Assembly: GCA_963850905.1 (NCBI GenBank)
Contig: CAWKMU010000004.1
Coordinates: forward strand, 32,001 to 96,000
Direction of reading: 5' to 3'
DNA from: an uncultured Gemmatimonadales bacterium
Lineage (GTDB): Bacteria > Gemmatimonadota > Gemmatimonadetes > Gemmatimonadales > Gemmatimonadaceae
Length of the DNA: 64,000 bases
Shown: positions 19,508 to 30,104 of the stretch, one piece after another
Layout: every line of letters starts with the position of its first letter
How positions within the stretch are numbered: the stretch's first letter is position 1
Notes under the pieces: model-generated
Told to the model about the DNA's origin: nothing
The model's input: only the letters and a program-made list of their open reading frames with translations
Database searches by the model: none
Translations under genes and position numbers: made by a program

Positions 19508-21226
19508 TTAGAAAAGGTGCCCGGATCGCATAAGCAGCTGCTCGACGATCGGGCCGAGCGAGAGCGCGGGGAAGAACGTCAATGCCGTGACGATGAGGGT
19601 GACGCCGAGCAGGAGCGCGACGAACAATGGAGTCGTCACCGGGAACGTACCCGCCGTTTCCGGCGCCACTCGTCGCTCGGACAGAAAACCGCCCAACGCC
19701 AGCACAGGCACCTTCATCGCGAAACGGCCAAAGAGCATCGCGATCGCGAACATCGTGTTGTAGTAGTAGGTGCTCCCGGTCAACCCGCCGAACGCGCTGC
19801 CGTTGTTCGCCACGACCGAGCTGAACGCATACAGGATCTCGGAGAAACCGTGGGGTCCGGCGTTGTTCAGTCCAGCCAAGCCGGACTTGGTAACCGCCGA
19901 CGCCCCCGCAAACGTCAGGACGACGAACGCGTAGACGAGCACGAACAACATCACCACACGCACCTCGCGGCTCTCGATCCGCTTCCCGAGGTACTCTGGC
20001 GTCCGCCCCACCATGAGACCCGCGATGAAGACCGTGAGAATGATCTCGACCAGCATTCCGTAGAGGCCGGCACCAACGCCGCCGTACACCAGCTCCCCGA
20101 GTTGCATGTTCACCATGGGCACGAGACCGCCGATGGGCGTGAACGAGTCGTGCAGCCCATTGACCGCTCCACACGACGCATCGGTCGTGATCGTGGCGAA
20201 GAGCGTGGTTCCGGCAATGCCAAACCGAACCTCCTTCCCCTCCATGTTGCCGCCTGGATTGCCCAGGCTTGCCACGACATCGATCCCGCGCGCGGCATGA
20301 ATCGGGTTGCCACGGGCCTCAGCCCAATACGCAGTCGCCGTCCCACCCGCGAAAAGGATGAACATCGTGACCCAGACCGCCCACGCGTGCCGCCTGTTAT
20401 TCACCATGCGACCCAGCATGTAGACAAGACCCGCTGGGATGAGAAAAATCGCGACGATCTGCAGGAAGTTGCTCCACGGCGTGGGGTTCTCGAACGGATG
20501 CGCGGAGTTGGCGTTGAAGAACCCGCCACCGTTCGTCCCCAGCTGCTTGATCGCTTCCTGACTCGCGACGGGACCCATCGGAAGCGTCTGATGCACGCCT
20601 TCGAGCGTCGTGGCGTGGATATACGGATGGAAGTTCTGAATGACACCCTGCTGCACGAACAGGAGGGCCAGTACTACGGCGAACGGGAGCAGCACGTAGA
20701 GCGTGCCCCGAACGAGGTCGCAGTAGAAGTTTCCGACTCGGCCTCCGGCCTGCCGCCGCGCGATGCCGCGGACGAGCGCAGCGGCGGACGCCATCCCGAC
20801 AGCGGCCGACGCGAAATTGTGGAACGCCAGCTGCGTCATCTGCGAGAAGTACGACATCGTCGACTCCCCGGAATACGACTGCCAATTGGTGTTCGTCGTG
20901 AAAGAGGCGGCTGTCTCGAACGCCTGCCGGTCGACGACGTTGGCGAAGTGCTCCGGATTCAACGGTAGTGCGTGCTGCAACCGGAGCACGAGGTACGTGA
21001 CGAGCATCCCCACCGCGCTGAAGATGAGCAGCGCCGCAGCATATCGCGTCCAGTGCTGATCCTCGGTCGGGTCCACACCGGCCGCGCGATACAGAGCCCG
21101 CTCGACGGGGGCCCACCAGCGGAGCGAACCGTCATAGACGCCGACGAGATAGACGCCCACTGGCTTCGTCAACGCCAACAGTACGGCCGAGTACACGAGA
21201 ATCTGTGTCCACCCGCTGAGCGTCAC
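19508..21226 (-). CDS. kdpA: K+-transporting ATPase subunit A
   Basis: [38 protein letters not shown]. Confidence 0.97.
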   Translation of the reverse strand: MTLSGWTQILVYSAVLLALTKPVGVYLVGVYDGSLRWWAPVERALYRAAGVDPTEDQHWTRYAAALLIFSAVGMLVTYLVLRLQHALPLNPEHFANVVDRQAFETAASFTTNTNWQSYSGESTMSYFSQMTQLAFHNFASAAVGMASAAALVRGIARRQAGGRVGNFYCDLVRGTLYVLLPFAVVLALLFVQQGVIQNFHPYIHATTLEGVHQTLPMGPVASQEAIKQLGTNGGGFFNANSAHPFENPTPWSNFLQIVAIFLIPAGLVYMLGRMVNNRRHAWAVWVTMFILFAGGTATAYWAEARGNPIHAARGIDVVASLGNPGGNMEGKEVRFGIAGTTLFATITTDASCGAVNGLHDSFTPIGGLVPMVNMQLGELVYGGVGAGLYGMLVEIILTVFIAGLMVGRTPEYLGKRIESREVRVVMLFVLVYAFVVLTFAGASAVTKSGLAGLNNAGPHGFSEILYAFSSVVANNGSAFGGLTGSTYYYNTMFAIAMLFGRFAMKVPVLALGGFLSERRVAPETAGTFPVTTPLFVALLLGVTLIVTALTFFPALSLGPIVEQLLMRSGHLF

Positions 21227-21227
21227 G

Positions 21228-21317
21228 TCAGAATCGCTCCGGCCTGAGCAACGAGTAGACCAGGTAGATCAACAGTGCCGCAGCGACCGCGACGCCGATG
21301 ACGCTCTCGGCGTTCAT
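21228..21317 (-). CDS. kdpF: K+-transporting ATPase subunit F
   Basis: 29 aa MNAESVIGVAVAAALLIYLVYSLLRPERF with the diagnostic PE(R/K)F C-terminus, 1 bp before kdpA. Confidence 0.9.
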   Translation of the reverse strand: MNAESVIGVAVAAALLIYLVYSLLRPERF

Positions 21318-21433
21318 GAATGCTCCGGGGCATCGGCCCCCGCATCGCGCCCAAGGACCGCCAGTCCGCGGACGAACGCGAGCATGAGAGCGAAGAACAG
21401 GACAGTGGCGACCACGTACACAACGTCGAGCAT
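21314..21433 (-). CDS. 39-aa single-TM peptide upstream of kdpF
   Basis: MLDVVYVVATVLFFALMLAFVRGLAVLGRDAGADAPEHS; stop overlaps the kdpF ATG (ATGA); absent from the ORF track. Confidence 0.75.
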   Translation of the reverse strand: MLDVVYVVATVLFFALMLAFVRGLAVLGRDAGADAPEHS

Positions 21434-21846
21434 CCTCAACGACCCCCTGCCTCAGCTTGCCGGCCCCTTCCCCAACGGTACACCACCAAGAGTTCGACCC
21501 CCACGGTGCACAACGGCGTAGCTCTTTTCCGACATCGCGGCGGACCAATGGCACCACATCCTCGCCTGGCCTGTCCGCCGACCACCGGAGCGGCTTCGAC
21601 ATCCTCAGCGATGACCGGGTGCCACGAACCAGGCTGGTTGCCCTTGGGAGACCCGTAAGGCGTCGCGGCGACCATCCGGCGACCGCAGCAGAGCCGCTAC
21701 GCGTGAGCGATGTCGTCGACGGCTCTCAGCCCCATCTGCACGAGCGAGTCATGCGCCGACATGGTGCGTCGAATCCGCCATCAGGTCACTTCTCCACGTG
21801 TCCGCGTCGGATCGTCACAGTGCGCAACGTCGATCGCTCAGCACCT

Positions 21847-21918
21847 GAATTATGCGTGGGCTGTCAGTGCGCTCAAATAAAATGTTCGTGAAATCGGACT
21901 CGTAAAATGTTCGTGAAA
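21847..21918 (-). promoter_or_regulatory. Putative kdp promoter with tandem response-regulator (KdpE-like) boxes
   Basis: Perfect 16-bp direct repeat TAAAATGTTCGTGAAA at 21878 and 21903, immediately upstream of TTGAGC-N16-CATAAT on the minus strand. Confidence 0.6.
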
Positions 21919-21997
21919 ACGAACACGTCAGCCGCAGTCACTCGTCCGCTGTCCGTCACCGTGTGCGCGTTGCATCACCAGAGTATTCGGGACGCAC

Positions 21998-22654
21998 TCA
22001 CCACGCTATCCCAAAGACGACAGGCACGAACGTCGTCGGGGCGTAGCGAGTGTATGCCGTGTTGTATCTGGCCTCGACATACATGCGGAAGGATGTCACC
22101 CGAAACCGCACACCGCCGCCCACGTCCCAACCCAGTACATTCTGGGTCCGCGTCCTGTTCGCTGGCGCCCCGTACACGCCGCAAAAGCCAAGGAACGGGT
22201 CGCACGTCGAATTCCCCGTGAACGTGTCGAGTTCGACTTTGCGCGAATAGCCGCCCCCGCCGCCCACCACGTAGGGAGTGAAACGCCCAAACAGGTCGCG
22301 CGCATTGGCGACCACGTTGAGCGTCAGCGACAAGATGTTGGCACCGCCGCCGACCGCACCGAACGCGTTCTGTGTTGAGGTATTCATCAGTTGCGCTTGC
22401 CCGTTGAAGTGCCCCTCCAGCCAGATCCCGCTGCTCGGCAGGGACGCCCATGCGACGCTGATGCCACCGTCGTACGCGGCTTCGAAGCTATTGCGCCATT
22501 GACCCGTCGGAAACGACCCGCCGGCAAACGCGCTCGCGTGAAGCGGATGCAACCAATAGTTGTCGGCGGTCGTGTCGGATTGTGCAACCGCGCGGGGTGC
22601 CATCCAGACACCAACGAGGATCAGAACGGCACGCGCACCAACGCGAAGCCTCAC
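21998..22654 (-). CDS. Outer-membrane beta-barrel protein (OmpA-like TM domain)
   Basis: Signal peptide, FTPYVVGGGGGY, YVEARY, C-terminal FGIAW. Confidence 0.8.
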   Translation of the reverse strand: MRLRVGARAVLILVGVWMAPRAVAQSDTTADNYWLHPLHASAFAGGSFPTGQWRNSFEAAYDGGISVAWASLPSSGIWLEGHFNGQAQLMNTSTQNAFGAVGGGANILSLTLNVVANARDLFGRFTPYVVGGGGGYSRKVELDTFTGNSTCDPFLGFCGVYGAPANRTRTQNVLGWDVGGGVRFRVTSFRMYVEARYNTAYTRYAPTTFVPVVFGIAW

Positions 22655-24064
22655 GGCGCGCGATCTCGTTCGGGTGCTGGCGGCATCGCCTGCGGCGTGT
22701 GTCGCGGCAGAGACACATGTCCCTGCTCGACCTCGATGTATCCGTCGCGGATCACGAGGGACACGTTCGCCAAATCGTCGAGTGTCACATCCGGGCGGCC
22801 GCTAACGACCGTTACGTCCGCGAGCTTTCCGGGCTCGAGCGTGCCCAGTTTGTCGCCCATGTCCAGCATCTGCGCGTTCGTCCGCGTCGCGATCTGCAAT
22901 ACCTCAGGTACGGTGTAGCCGAGTCGCACGAACTGCTTGAGCTCCGTGATGTATGGGGCAGGCAGATATCGGAACCAGTCACGCACGAGGTCCGTGCCAA
23001 CGCCCAGCTTGATACCGGCCTGCTTCATTTTCCGCACCAACTCGAAGTCTGCGTCCTTCGAAAACGTAAACCGGCGCGAGGGCGTCCCGTAGTACGCGCC
23101 GGCTGAATTGAAAATAATGATGTAGGGGATCAGAGTCGGATCTGACTCGGTGCCCATGCGTGCCATGAGCTGGATGGTTTCGTCGGAGCGCGGCAGAGGG
23201 TGCTCGATCATGTCGATCCCGGCCTCGACCGCCCACTTGGTGTAGAAGGTCTCACAATCGCACGTCACCTTGAGCCCGAGTGCGTGGGCCTCCTGAATGG
23301 CGGCGGACACCTCGGCCGGGCTGAAGTGGCTCGCGATCTTGATGAGGTCCGCGCCCTGGGCGAACTCTTCGCGCACCGCCTCGCGCCAATCGTCCGGGCC
23401 CGAAGCGACGCGGATCATCCCCTCGGCCGTGCTGTTGTAATCCCCGCCGTCGTCACCGTGGCCGCCTTTCCCGGTGATGAGCTTCCCCGCGGCAAAGACG
23501 CGCGGCCCAATCACCCGATTGCGTGCGACCCACTCCTGCAGACGGAACGGCGCGTCGCCCTGCGATCCGACATCCCGCACGCTCGTGATCCCGCTCTCGA
23601 TGTAGTAGCGCAGATGCTCGACGCCTCGCAACGCCGCATCCGCACGGCTATCGGCGACCGGACCCGGAGTATCTGGATCGGGATAGGTGAGGTGTGTGTG
23701 CAGATCGATGAGCCCGGGGAGCACCGTCATGCCCGCGACATTCGATCACACGCGCGGCGGCAGGCCAGTCGGTCGCGGAGGGGGGTAAAATCCGGTCGAT
23801 CCGGTTGCGCACGATGACGAGCGTTGCCTCGTGCGCCGGCGTGCCAGTGCCATCGAAGATGCGCCCACCCCGCAACACCAGCGCACCCATCGGCCCACCT
23901 GATCCGGGTGGCACCGGCGTGCGCCGCGGGTCATCCGACACCGAGGTGGATGGGGAGAGAAACCGCCATCGTTCCGTGCGAGCCACACTCGTGTCCTGGC
24001 CTCGCGCCGTTGCCGCAAGTGCGACGAGCCCTGCCCCCGCCAGCGCGATCGCATGCCGTACCAT
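22651..24064 (-). pseudogene. Secreted metal-dependent amidohydrolase, +1 frameshift at about 23741
   Basis: LVLRGGRIFDGTG in one frame and MTVLPGLIDLHTH...GTDL...GKLAD in another; deleting one A gives RVIDVAGMTVLPG. Confidence 0.85.
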
Positions 24065-24478
24065 TCGGTCCGCTCCTTGGTGTCGCCGGCTGCCAAGATA
24101 CGCCCTCACAGGAGGCACGGCACGCGAACCTCGGCGGACCCGCCGCGAACCATCCCAGGCAGCGCGGTTCGCCCTTGTCTCCTTTCTCCTTTCTACCGGC
24201 GCGCCACGCCCGATCGGCCCGGTCGGCGCCCGGTCGAGTCTGCCTGCGCCCCTGGTACGCGGCAAACCGCCTGTCTTCGCGTTAACCCCTGCCACGCAGG
24301 TCGGGCGGCGCGACGACCAACTGCAAGACGTTGACCCCAGCGCAATAGTCGTTCGTCCCAAACCCAACGACAGGGGCTCACGAACGGGATATCCCTCTAT
24401 GCGAAAGGAACCGGGCGATGGTCGCAGGGCGGCGGCCGCCGGCCGGATAAACCCAAGCCAACCTCAGAGGGGTGAAGA

Positions 24479-24883
24479 ATGCGCGCACACGGAACGACGA
24501 TCGGATTGACCCTGGCATTGGCAACTCTCGCCGCCTGCAGCAGTAGCACGGCGCCAACTAGCGGCGGCGGTGGCGGAAGCGGCGGTGGCGGCGGGGCGTC
24601 CAGCAACACTATCACTGCCAGTTCCCAAACGACGGGCGGAGCGTACGGGAGCGGGGGAAACTACTTCTTCTCGCCGACGCCCGATACCGTAAAGGCGGGA
24701 TCGCAGGTCACGTACGCGTTCGGCAGCGTCACGCACAACGTCCATTTCGACGCAGTCGCGAACGCACCCGACAGCATTCCCTCCTCGAGCAACACGAACG
24801 TCAACCGGACCTTCGGCACGGCCGGCACGTACAACTACCACTGCACCATCCACAATATTTCCGGCATCGTCGTCGTGCAGTAA
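24479..24883 (+). CDS. Cupredoxin (plastocyanin-like) lipoprotein
   Basis: Lipobox LAAC, FSP..TV..G, HNV, GTYNYHCTIH. Confidence 0.85.
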   Translation: MRAHGTTIGLTLALATLAACSSSTAPTSGGGGGSGGGGGASSNTITASSQTTGGAYGSGGNYFFSPTPDTVKAGSQVTYAFGSVTHNVHFDAVANAPDSIPSSSNTNVNRTFGTAGTYNYHCTIHNISGIVVVQ

Positions 24884-24886
24884 GCC

Positions 24887-24910
24887 GCGCGCAGGCTCTC
24901 GCCTGCGCGC
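24887..24910 (+). terminator. GC-rich hairpin after the cupredoxin gene
   Basis: GCGCGCAGGC-TCTC-GCCTGCGCGC, 10-bp stem, no U-tract. Confidence 0.45.
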
Positions 24911-25186
24911 GCCCTGCGCGCCATCGCTTGCGCTCTCGGATCACGGGGAGCGAAGGCGGCTGATGGTGCCTCGCGCCTCCGCGGCCGCGTCTTCCAGGGT
25001 CACAAGAACCGCACCGGCCGCGGCGAGATCGTCGCCGATCGCATGTGATCGGCCGGCGATTCGCACCTCCCTATCTCTCCGCCGCGCCCAGCCCGCCGTA
25101 TATTGACGCGGGCCCGACGCGGGGAGCGCGCCCCCCGCAGGAGCCGACGCTGCGACGCGCATTCACATCCCGACCCGCCGACACTC

Positions 25187-27058
25187 ATGCTGCACCGCCG
25201 CCATTTGCGCCCGATCGCTGCCGCCGCTGCGATCCTCTTCACGCTTGCCCGGCCCTGCCTGGGTCAAGGCGGCACCCCCGAGAGCGGGTTCACCAAGCAG
25301 GAATTCATGGTGGCGATGCGGGACGGAGTGAAACTGCACACGTTGGTCTTCACGCCGACAGCCGCTCATCCCCCTCTCCCCATCATCTTCATACGCACGC
25401 CGTACGGCATCGACGCCTCGGAACGCCAACTCACCAGCTCCCTCAAGGAGTTGGCCGCCGACGGGTACATCTTCGCCTTCCAGGATATTCGAGGTCGCTA
25501 CAAGTCCGAGGGGCAGTTCGTGATGCAACGCGCCCCGCACGACCCGAAGGATGTGCATGGAGTCGACGAGGGTACCGACGCCTACGACACGATCGACTGG
25601 CTGGTCAAGCAGGTGCCCAACAACAACGGGCGGGTGGGAATGACCGGCGTATCCTACCCCGGCTGGCTGACGGTGATGGCGATGCTCGACCCCCATCCGG
25701 CCCTAAAAGCGGTGTCTCCGCAGGCCTCACCCGTCGACATGTTCCTCGGGGACGACTTCCACCACAACGGCGCGTTCCGCCTGAGCTATGGTTTCGAATA
25801 CGCGACGCGTATGGAGACAAACAAGGAGCAGCAACCGTTTGCTTTCGATCGGTACGACACGTACGACTGGTACCTGCACGCGGGCGCGCTGTCGAACTTC
25901 AACGCGCGGTACCTCCACGGCACGATCCCGACCTGGAACGATTTCGTCTCACACCCCAACTTCGACCAGTTCTGGCAGCGCCAGACCGCCATCACCTACA
26001 TGAATCGGGTGACGGTGCCGACGCTCAACGTGGCAGGCTGGTGGGATCAGGAAGACTTCTACGGGCCCGTGACGATCTTCGAGCAGTTGGAGAAGTACGA
26101 CACCAACCACATGAACTACCTCGTCGTCGGGCCCTGGAATCACGGGGGCTGGATGGGGCCGGACGGGCAGAAGCTGGGCGCCATCGACTTTGGCAGCCCG
26201 ACATCGCTCTACTTCCGCCAGCACATCCTCGCGCCTTTCTTCGCGCACTTCCTCAAGGACCAGCCCGGCCTCGATCTGCCCAAGGCCATCACCTTCGAGG
26301 GCGGCGCAGATGCGTGGAAGCGATTCGATAGCTGGCCACCCAAGAGAGGCATCTCCCCCCAGCGCCTCTACTTCCAAGCCGACCACCAGGCGTCGTTCGA
26401 GGCACCCAAGCCCGCCACGGGTGACAGCGGCTTCGATCGCTACGTCTCCGATCCCCAGCATCCGGTACCCTATCGCCCGAGGCCAATTCCGCCGACCTAC
26501 TTCCCGGGCGGCTCTGGCTGGACGACGTGGCTCGTGCAAGACCAGCGGTTCGTCGACGGACGTCCAGACGTCCTCACCTTTTCCACGCCCCCCCTCACGC
26601 ACAATGTGGTGATCGCCGGATCCGTGACGGCGCACCTCTTTGCGGCGACCACCGGCTCGGACGCCGACTGGATCGTCAAGCTGATCGACGTATATCCGGA
26701 CACGATGCCGCAGACCCCAGCGTTCGGCGGGTACGAGCTCATGGTGGCCAACAATGTCTTCCGCGGACGCTTCCGTCAGAGCTTTGTGACGCCGCACCCG
26801 ATCACGCCCAACAAGGTGGAGGAGTACGCGGTCGACCTCCACACACAGGATTACCGCTTCTTGGCCGGCCACCGGATCATGGTGCAGGTCCAGAGCACCT
26901 GGTTCCCCATCATCGATCGCAATCCGCAACGCTACGTCCCCAATATCTTCCAAGCGACGGACGCAGATTTTCAGATCGCGCGCGAAACGATCTACCGCTC
27001 TGGCCCGCGCGCATCATACCTCGATTTGCCGGTCGAGACCGGGGAGACGACGCAATAA
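25187..27058 (+). CDS. CocE/NonD-family hydrolase (alpha-amino acid ester hydrolase-like)
   Basis: RTPYG, QDIRGRYKSEG, GVSYPG nucleophile, GPWNHG; signal peptide. Confidence 0.92.
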   Translation: MLHRRHLRPIAAAAAILFTLARPCLGQGGTPESGFTKQEFMVAMRDGVKLHTLVFTPTAAHPPLPIIFIRTPYGIDASERQLTSSLKELAADGYIFAFQDIRGRYKSEGQFVMQRAPHDPKDVHGVDEGTDAYDTIDWLVKQVPNNNGRVGMTGVSYPGWLTVMAMLDPHPALKAVSPQASPVDMFLGDDFHHNGAFRLSYGFEYATRMETNKEQQPFAFDRYDTYDWYLHAGALSNFNARYLHGTIPTWNDFVSHPNFDQFWQRQTAITYMNRVTVPTLNVAGWWDQEDFYGPVTIFEQLEKYDTNHMNYLVVGPWNHGGWMGPDGQKLGAIDFGSPTSLYFRQHILAPFFAHFLKDQPGLDLPKAITFEGGADAWKRFDSWPPKRGISPQRLYFQADHQASFEAPKPATGDSGFDRYVSDPQHPVPYRPRPIPPTYFPGGSGWTTWLVQDQRFVDGRPDVLTFSTPPLTHNVVIAGSVTAHLFAATTGSDADWIVKLIDVYPDTMPQTPAFGGYELMVANNVFRGRFRQSFVTPHPITPNKVEEYAVDLHTQDYRFLAGHRIMVQVQSTWFPIIDRNPQRYVPNIFQATDADFQIARETIYRSGPRASYLDLPVETGETTQ

Positions 27059-27129
27059 ACGGCATTTCGGGATTCGGGATCAGGATCAGAAACCACTTCA
27101 CCGCTCCCACAGAATCGGCTGATGGGCGG

Positions 27130-27154
27130 GTAGGGGCGACGCATGCGTCGCCCT
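27130..27154 (+). repeat. GTAG-type REP-like palindrome
   Basis: GTAG followed by the perfect palindrome GGGCGACGCATGCGTCGCCC, between convergent genes. Confidence 0.7.
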
Positions 27155-27175
27155 CCATCACCGCCCGCACCCATC

Positions 27176-27901
27176 CTAGGTTTTTCGCACCACCGCCAGC
27201 TCCTTGTCATTGAACGGCACCGTCTCGACCACCTGCGCCGTCGGCCCCCAGAGCGCAGTATAGGCGGAGAGCGGTCGCGGCTTCTCGATGCGATTGAGCC
27301 GGAGTTTGGTCGTGAGCGAGGTGCTCGCGCGAGGGTCCCAGTAGGTCACGAGGAACGTGCCGCCGGGCGCCAACGCCCGCCACACGTTCTGCATCGCGCG
27401 AGCAAACGCGACGTCCTCCGTGATGTGCTGGGTCACGTCGATCATCATCGCAAGCGCGAAATGCGCAGGGGGGAGCACGATGTCCCCGGCGTCGCCCTGC
27501 ACGAAACGGAACTGCGGGTATCGCTTCGCGAGTGTCGCCACGGAGATCGGCGTGATGTCGTTGCCCGTGTAGTCGCGCACGCCTCGGTTCATGAGGTACT
27601 CCGTCCAGAAGCCGACGCCGCATCCGATCTCCAACACGCGCGTCGCCGGCCCGACCTCGACGCCGTGTCGCGCCAGCTGGGCGTCAATGATTGCGCCTTT
27701 GGCCTCGTACATCCGGCGGTTGGCTTCTTCGCTGAGCCGAAAGTGCCCCACCCCCCGCAGGTCGAACGATTCGGTCAATACCTCGTTCCAGAATTCGCGG
27801 GGCCGGTACCGGAACAGCATCTGGGCGTAGATCCGCAAGCTGCGCATGCGCGAAAAATAGCCGACATCAAAGGATTCTGTGGACGCGACCCGGCCCCGCA
27901 T
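27176..27901 (-). CDS. Class I SAM-dependent methyltransferase
   Basis: RVLEIGCGVG, FVQGDAGD, RALAPGG; start inferred. Confidence 0.85.
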   Translation of the reverse strand: MRGRVASTESFDVGYFSRMRSLRIYAQMLFRYRPREFWNEVLTESFDLRGVGHFRLSEEANRRMYEAKGAIIDAQLARHGVEVGPATRVLEIGCGVGFWTEYLMNRGVRDYTGNDITPISVATLAKRYPQFRFVQGDAGDIVLPPAHFALAMMIDVTQHITEDVAFARAMQNVWRALAPGGTFLVTYWDPRASTSLTTKLRLNRIEKPRPLSAYTALWGPTAQVVETVPFNDKELAVVRKT

Positions 27902-27973
27902 GCCACGCCGGTGCCCAATCCGGGTCCTGCGTCCCGAGTCCCGGATTCCACTCGTTATGCTACACTGAGAGCC

Positions 27974-28489
27974 ATGATCGAAACGCCTGCCCGCGAGCAT
28001 GACCCCGGCTATCGCCTCCGTACGCACGCACCCGGCGACATGGGCTGGATCGTCCATCGACACGGCGTGCTCTATGCGCACGAATATGGCTGGGACATGC
28101 GGTTCGAAGCGCTGGTCGCGCGCATCGTGGCCGACTTTATCATGGAATACGATCCTGCACGCGAGCATTGCTGGATCGCGGAGCGCAACGGCGCCAGAGT
28201 CGGATCCGTCTTTCTCGTCAAAGATCCAGACGCCGCCGACACGGCACGTTTGCGGCTCCTACTCGTCGAGCCGGAAGCCCGCGGACTGGGAATAGGCAGG
28301 CGACTGGTCGATGAGTGCGGCCGCTTTGCCCAGTCGAAGGGCTACCGCCGGATCACTCTGTGGACCAACAACGTGCTCCATTCGGCTCGCCGCATCTATG
28401 AAGCGGCAGGTTACCGACTCATCCGGGAAGAGGCACACAACAGCTTCGGCCCCGATTGCGTCGGTCAAACCTGGGAGCGGATCCTCTAA
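27974..28489 (+). CDS. GNAT-family acetyltransferase
   Basis: ARLRLLLVEPEARGLGIGRRLV, ARRIYEAAGY. Confidence 0.9.
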   Translation: MIETPAREHDPGYRLRTHAPGDMGWIVHRHGVLYAHEYGWDMRFEALVARIVADFIMEYDPAREHCWIAERNGARVGSVFLVKDPDAADTARLRLLLVEPEARGLGIGRRLVDECGRFAQSKGYRRITLWTNNVLHSARRIYEAAGYRLIREEAHNSFGPDCVGQTWERIL

Positions 28490-28558
28490 AGCGATCAAGG
28501 GCTCCGCGGGCCACGGCGTTGTGGCCTTGCCCTCGTCTGCTGTCTCCTTTCTGTGGTT

Positions 28559-29119
28559 CTACTTTCTCGGGCGCGTAGCGCCCGACGCCAACGCCCCGAC
28601 CTTTAGCACGGTGTTCCAATTGCGGGCCGTTCCGCGCACGCCAAGCTTGGAGTCGATGAGCGCAGGGGTCAGGCGCGACTGACCGATGCCGGCGGGATAC
28701 ACGATGTAGAGATCACGGCCCACGCCCTCGACGCGCTCCGGGCCAATGATCGCCGACCGCAACGCATCGACTGCGCCCGCCGCCGGTGAGGTCTTGAGGC
28801 ACACCGCGACGAGATGCGCCGGATCACGCTTCGCCTCCTCCGGAAAGGGATTCGCCGCAATGAGGGCCTTCCACTCCCTGGCGCTGCGCACGCAGATGCC
28901 CGTCCGCACGCCGAGTTGCGCCGCGACCGCATCTTCCAGCCAGCGCTCCAAGGCGCTCCCCGTGCGGTGCCCGCCACCAAATACCACGTTGCCGCTCTGC
29001 AACAATGTCTGCACGTCGACACATCCAAGCTCGGTCAGACATTCCCGCAACGCCGCCATCTTCACGGCTTTGTGACCGCCCAAGTTGACGCCGCGGAGCA
29101 GCGCAATGTGCCGAAGCAT
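28559..29119 (-). CDS. DUF1697-family protein
   Basis: IALLRGVNLGG, VQTLLQSGNVVF, TARNWNTV. Confidence 0.9.
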   Translation of the reverse strand: MLRHIALLRGVNLGGHKAVKMAALRECLTELGCVDVQTLLQSGNVVFGGGHRTGSALERWLEDAVAAQLGVRTGICVRSAREWKALIAANPFPEEAKRDPAHLVAVCLKTSPAAGAVDALRSAIIGPERVEGVGRDLYIVYPAGIGQSRLTPALIDSKLGVRGTARNWNTVLKVGALASGATRPRK

Positions 29120-29474
29120 AGAGAAGGATATCGGCAGCTCGGCCCAATTCCTCCGTTTGGTCTCACCCCACCCCGGAAGCCGACTCGAGATGTCCGCCGG
29201 ATGTTTCGCCGCCGGACGACAAACGACTCAGGGTCAGGGTGTCGGTCCGCCACCCGGTTGATGCGACTGGACTGTGGCGGCGCCGCATCGATTCATCACG
29301 TGGCGTAACCCCACGCGGCCACTCGGATGCCCCCATACCCTGTCGAGGAGGAAATAACCACCGAGTGCGGTTGGGCCTGCTGATTGCAGGACGACGGACG
29401 CCATGCCCTCGAACGGCGGCGCTTCCGCAGTGACGTTCCCTTCTCATCAAGCGCCCCGCGAAGCGGGAGGCGAC

Positions 29475-30104
29475 GTGATGATCGGGGGGACGCATCCCAA
29501 TGTCGCGGGCGACACCGCAGCATCACTCATGACCGATCGGCAGCCCGTCGATCTGAACGACGTGATGGTGGGGCGGCGTTCATGCCGGTCCTTTGGCCCG
29601 ACCCCGGTTTCGGATACGGTCATCGCCTCGTTGCTCGATCTCGCGCGGCATGCGCCATCCTCGATGAATGGCCAGCCGTGGCACTTCCTCGTGGTACGAG
29701 AGTGCGAGAGCAAGGCACGCCTCGCCGAGATCAAGAATCACTATTGCCCGGCGGCCAAACAGCAGTACCGGGCTGACTTTCTCGCCGATACCCCTGCGGT
29801 CGTCGTGGTCTGCGTCGACCTGGCCCGGTCCTTTGGCCGGCACCTCGAGGACGGCGTCCTGGCGGCGTTCTCCATCATGCTGGCGGCGACTCGCCACGGT
29901 CTTGGCACCGTCTACCTCTCCGCGCTAAGCGCCGAGGAGCCCGGTCTGACCGCCGACATTCGTCAGCTGTTCGCGATTCCCGATTCGATTCTGCCGGTCT
30001 CGCTCATCCCGCTTGGCTATCCCACCGGAGAGGCCGACGTGAAGGTCCTTCGCCCTCTTCAGGACATGATCCATTATGACCGCTTCGGCTGTCCGAACCT
30101 CTGA
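29475..30104 (+). CDS. Nitroreductase-family flavoprotein
   Basis: RRSCRSF, APSSMNGQPWHF, GLGTVY, LGYP; GGAGG RBS before GTG 29475. Confidence 0.9.
   Translation: MMIGGTHPNVAGDTAASLMTDRQPVDLNDVMVGRRSCRSFGPTPVSDTVIASLLDLARHAPSSMNGQPWHFLVVRECESKARLAEIKNHYCPAAKQQYRADFLADTPAVVVVCVDLARSFGRHLEDGVLAAFSIMLAATRHGLGTVYLSALSAEEPGLTADIRQLFAIPDSILPVSLIPLGYPTGEADVKVLRPLQDMIHYDRFGCPNL

Noticed and set aside
16669..20174. Apparent long N-terminal extensions of KdpC (522 aa) and KdpB (929 aa) in the ORF track
   Set aside because: Upstream starts overlap neighbouring genes; the true starts are 17385 and 19493
21434..21840. c-di-AMP (ydaO) riboswitch upstream of kdp
   Set aside because: Consensus motifs not recognisable by eye; kept only as an open question
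27176..29119. Methyltransferase, GNAT and DUF1697 genes as part of the NRPS cluster
   Set aside because: Mixed orientations and common stand-alone families; no linkage evidence, though not excluded
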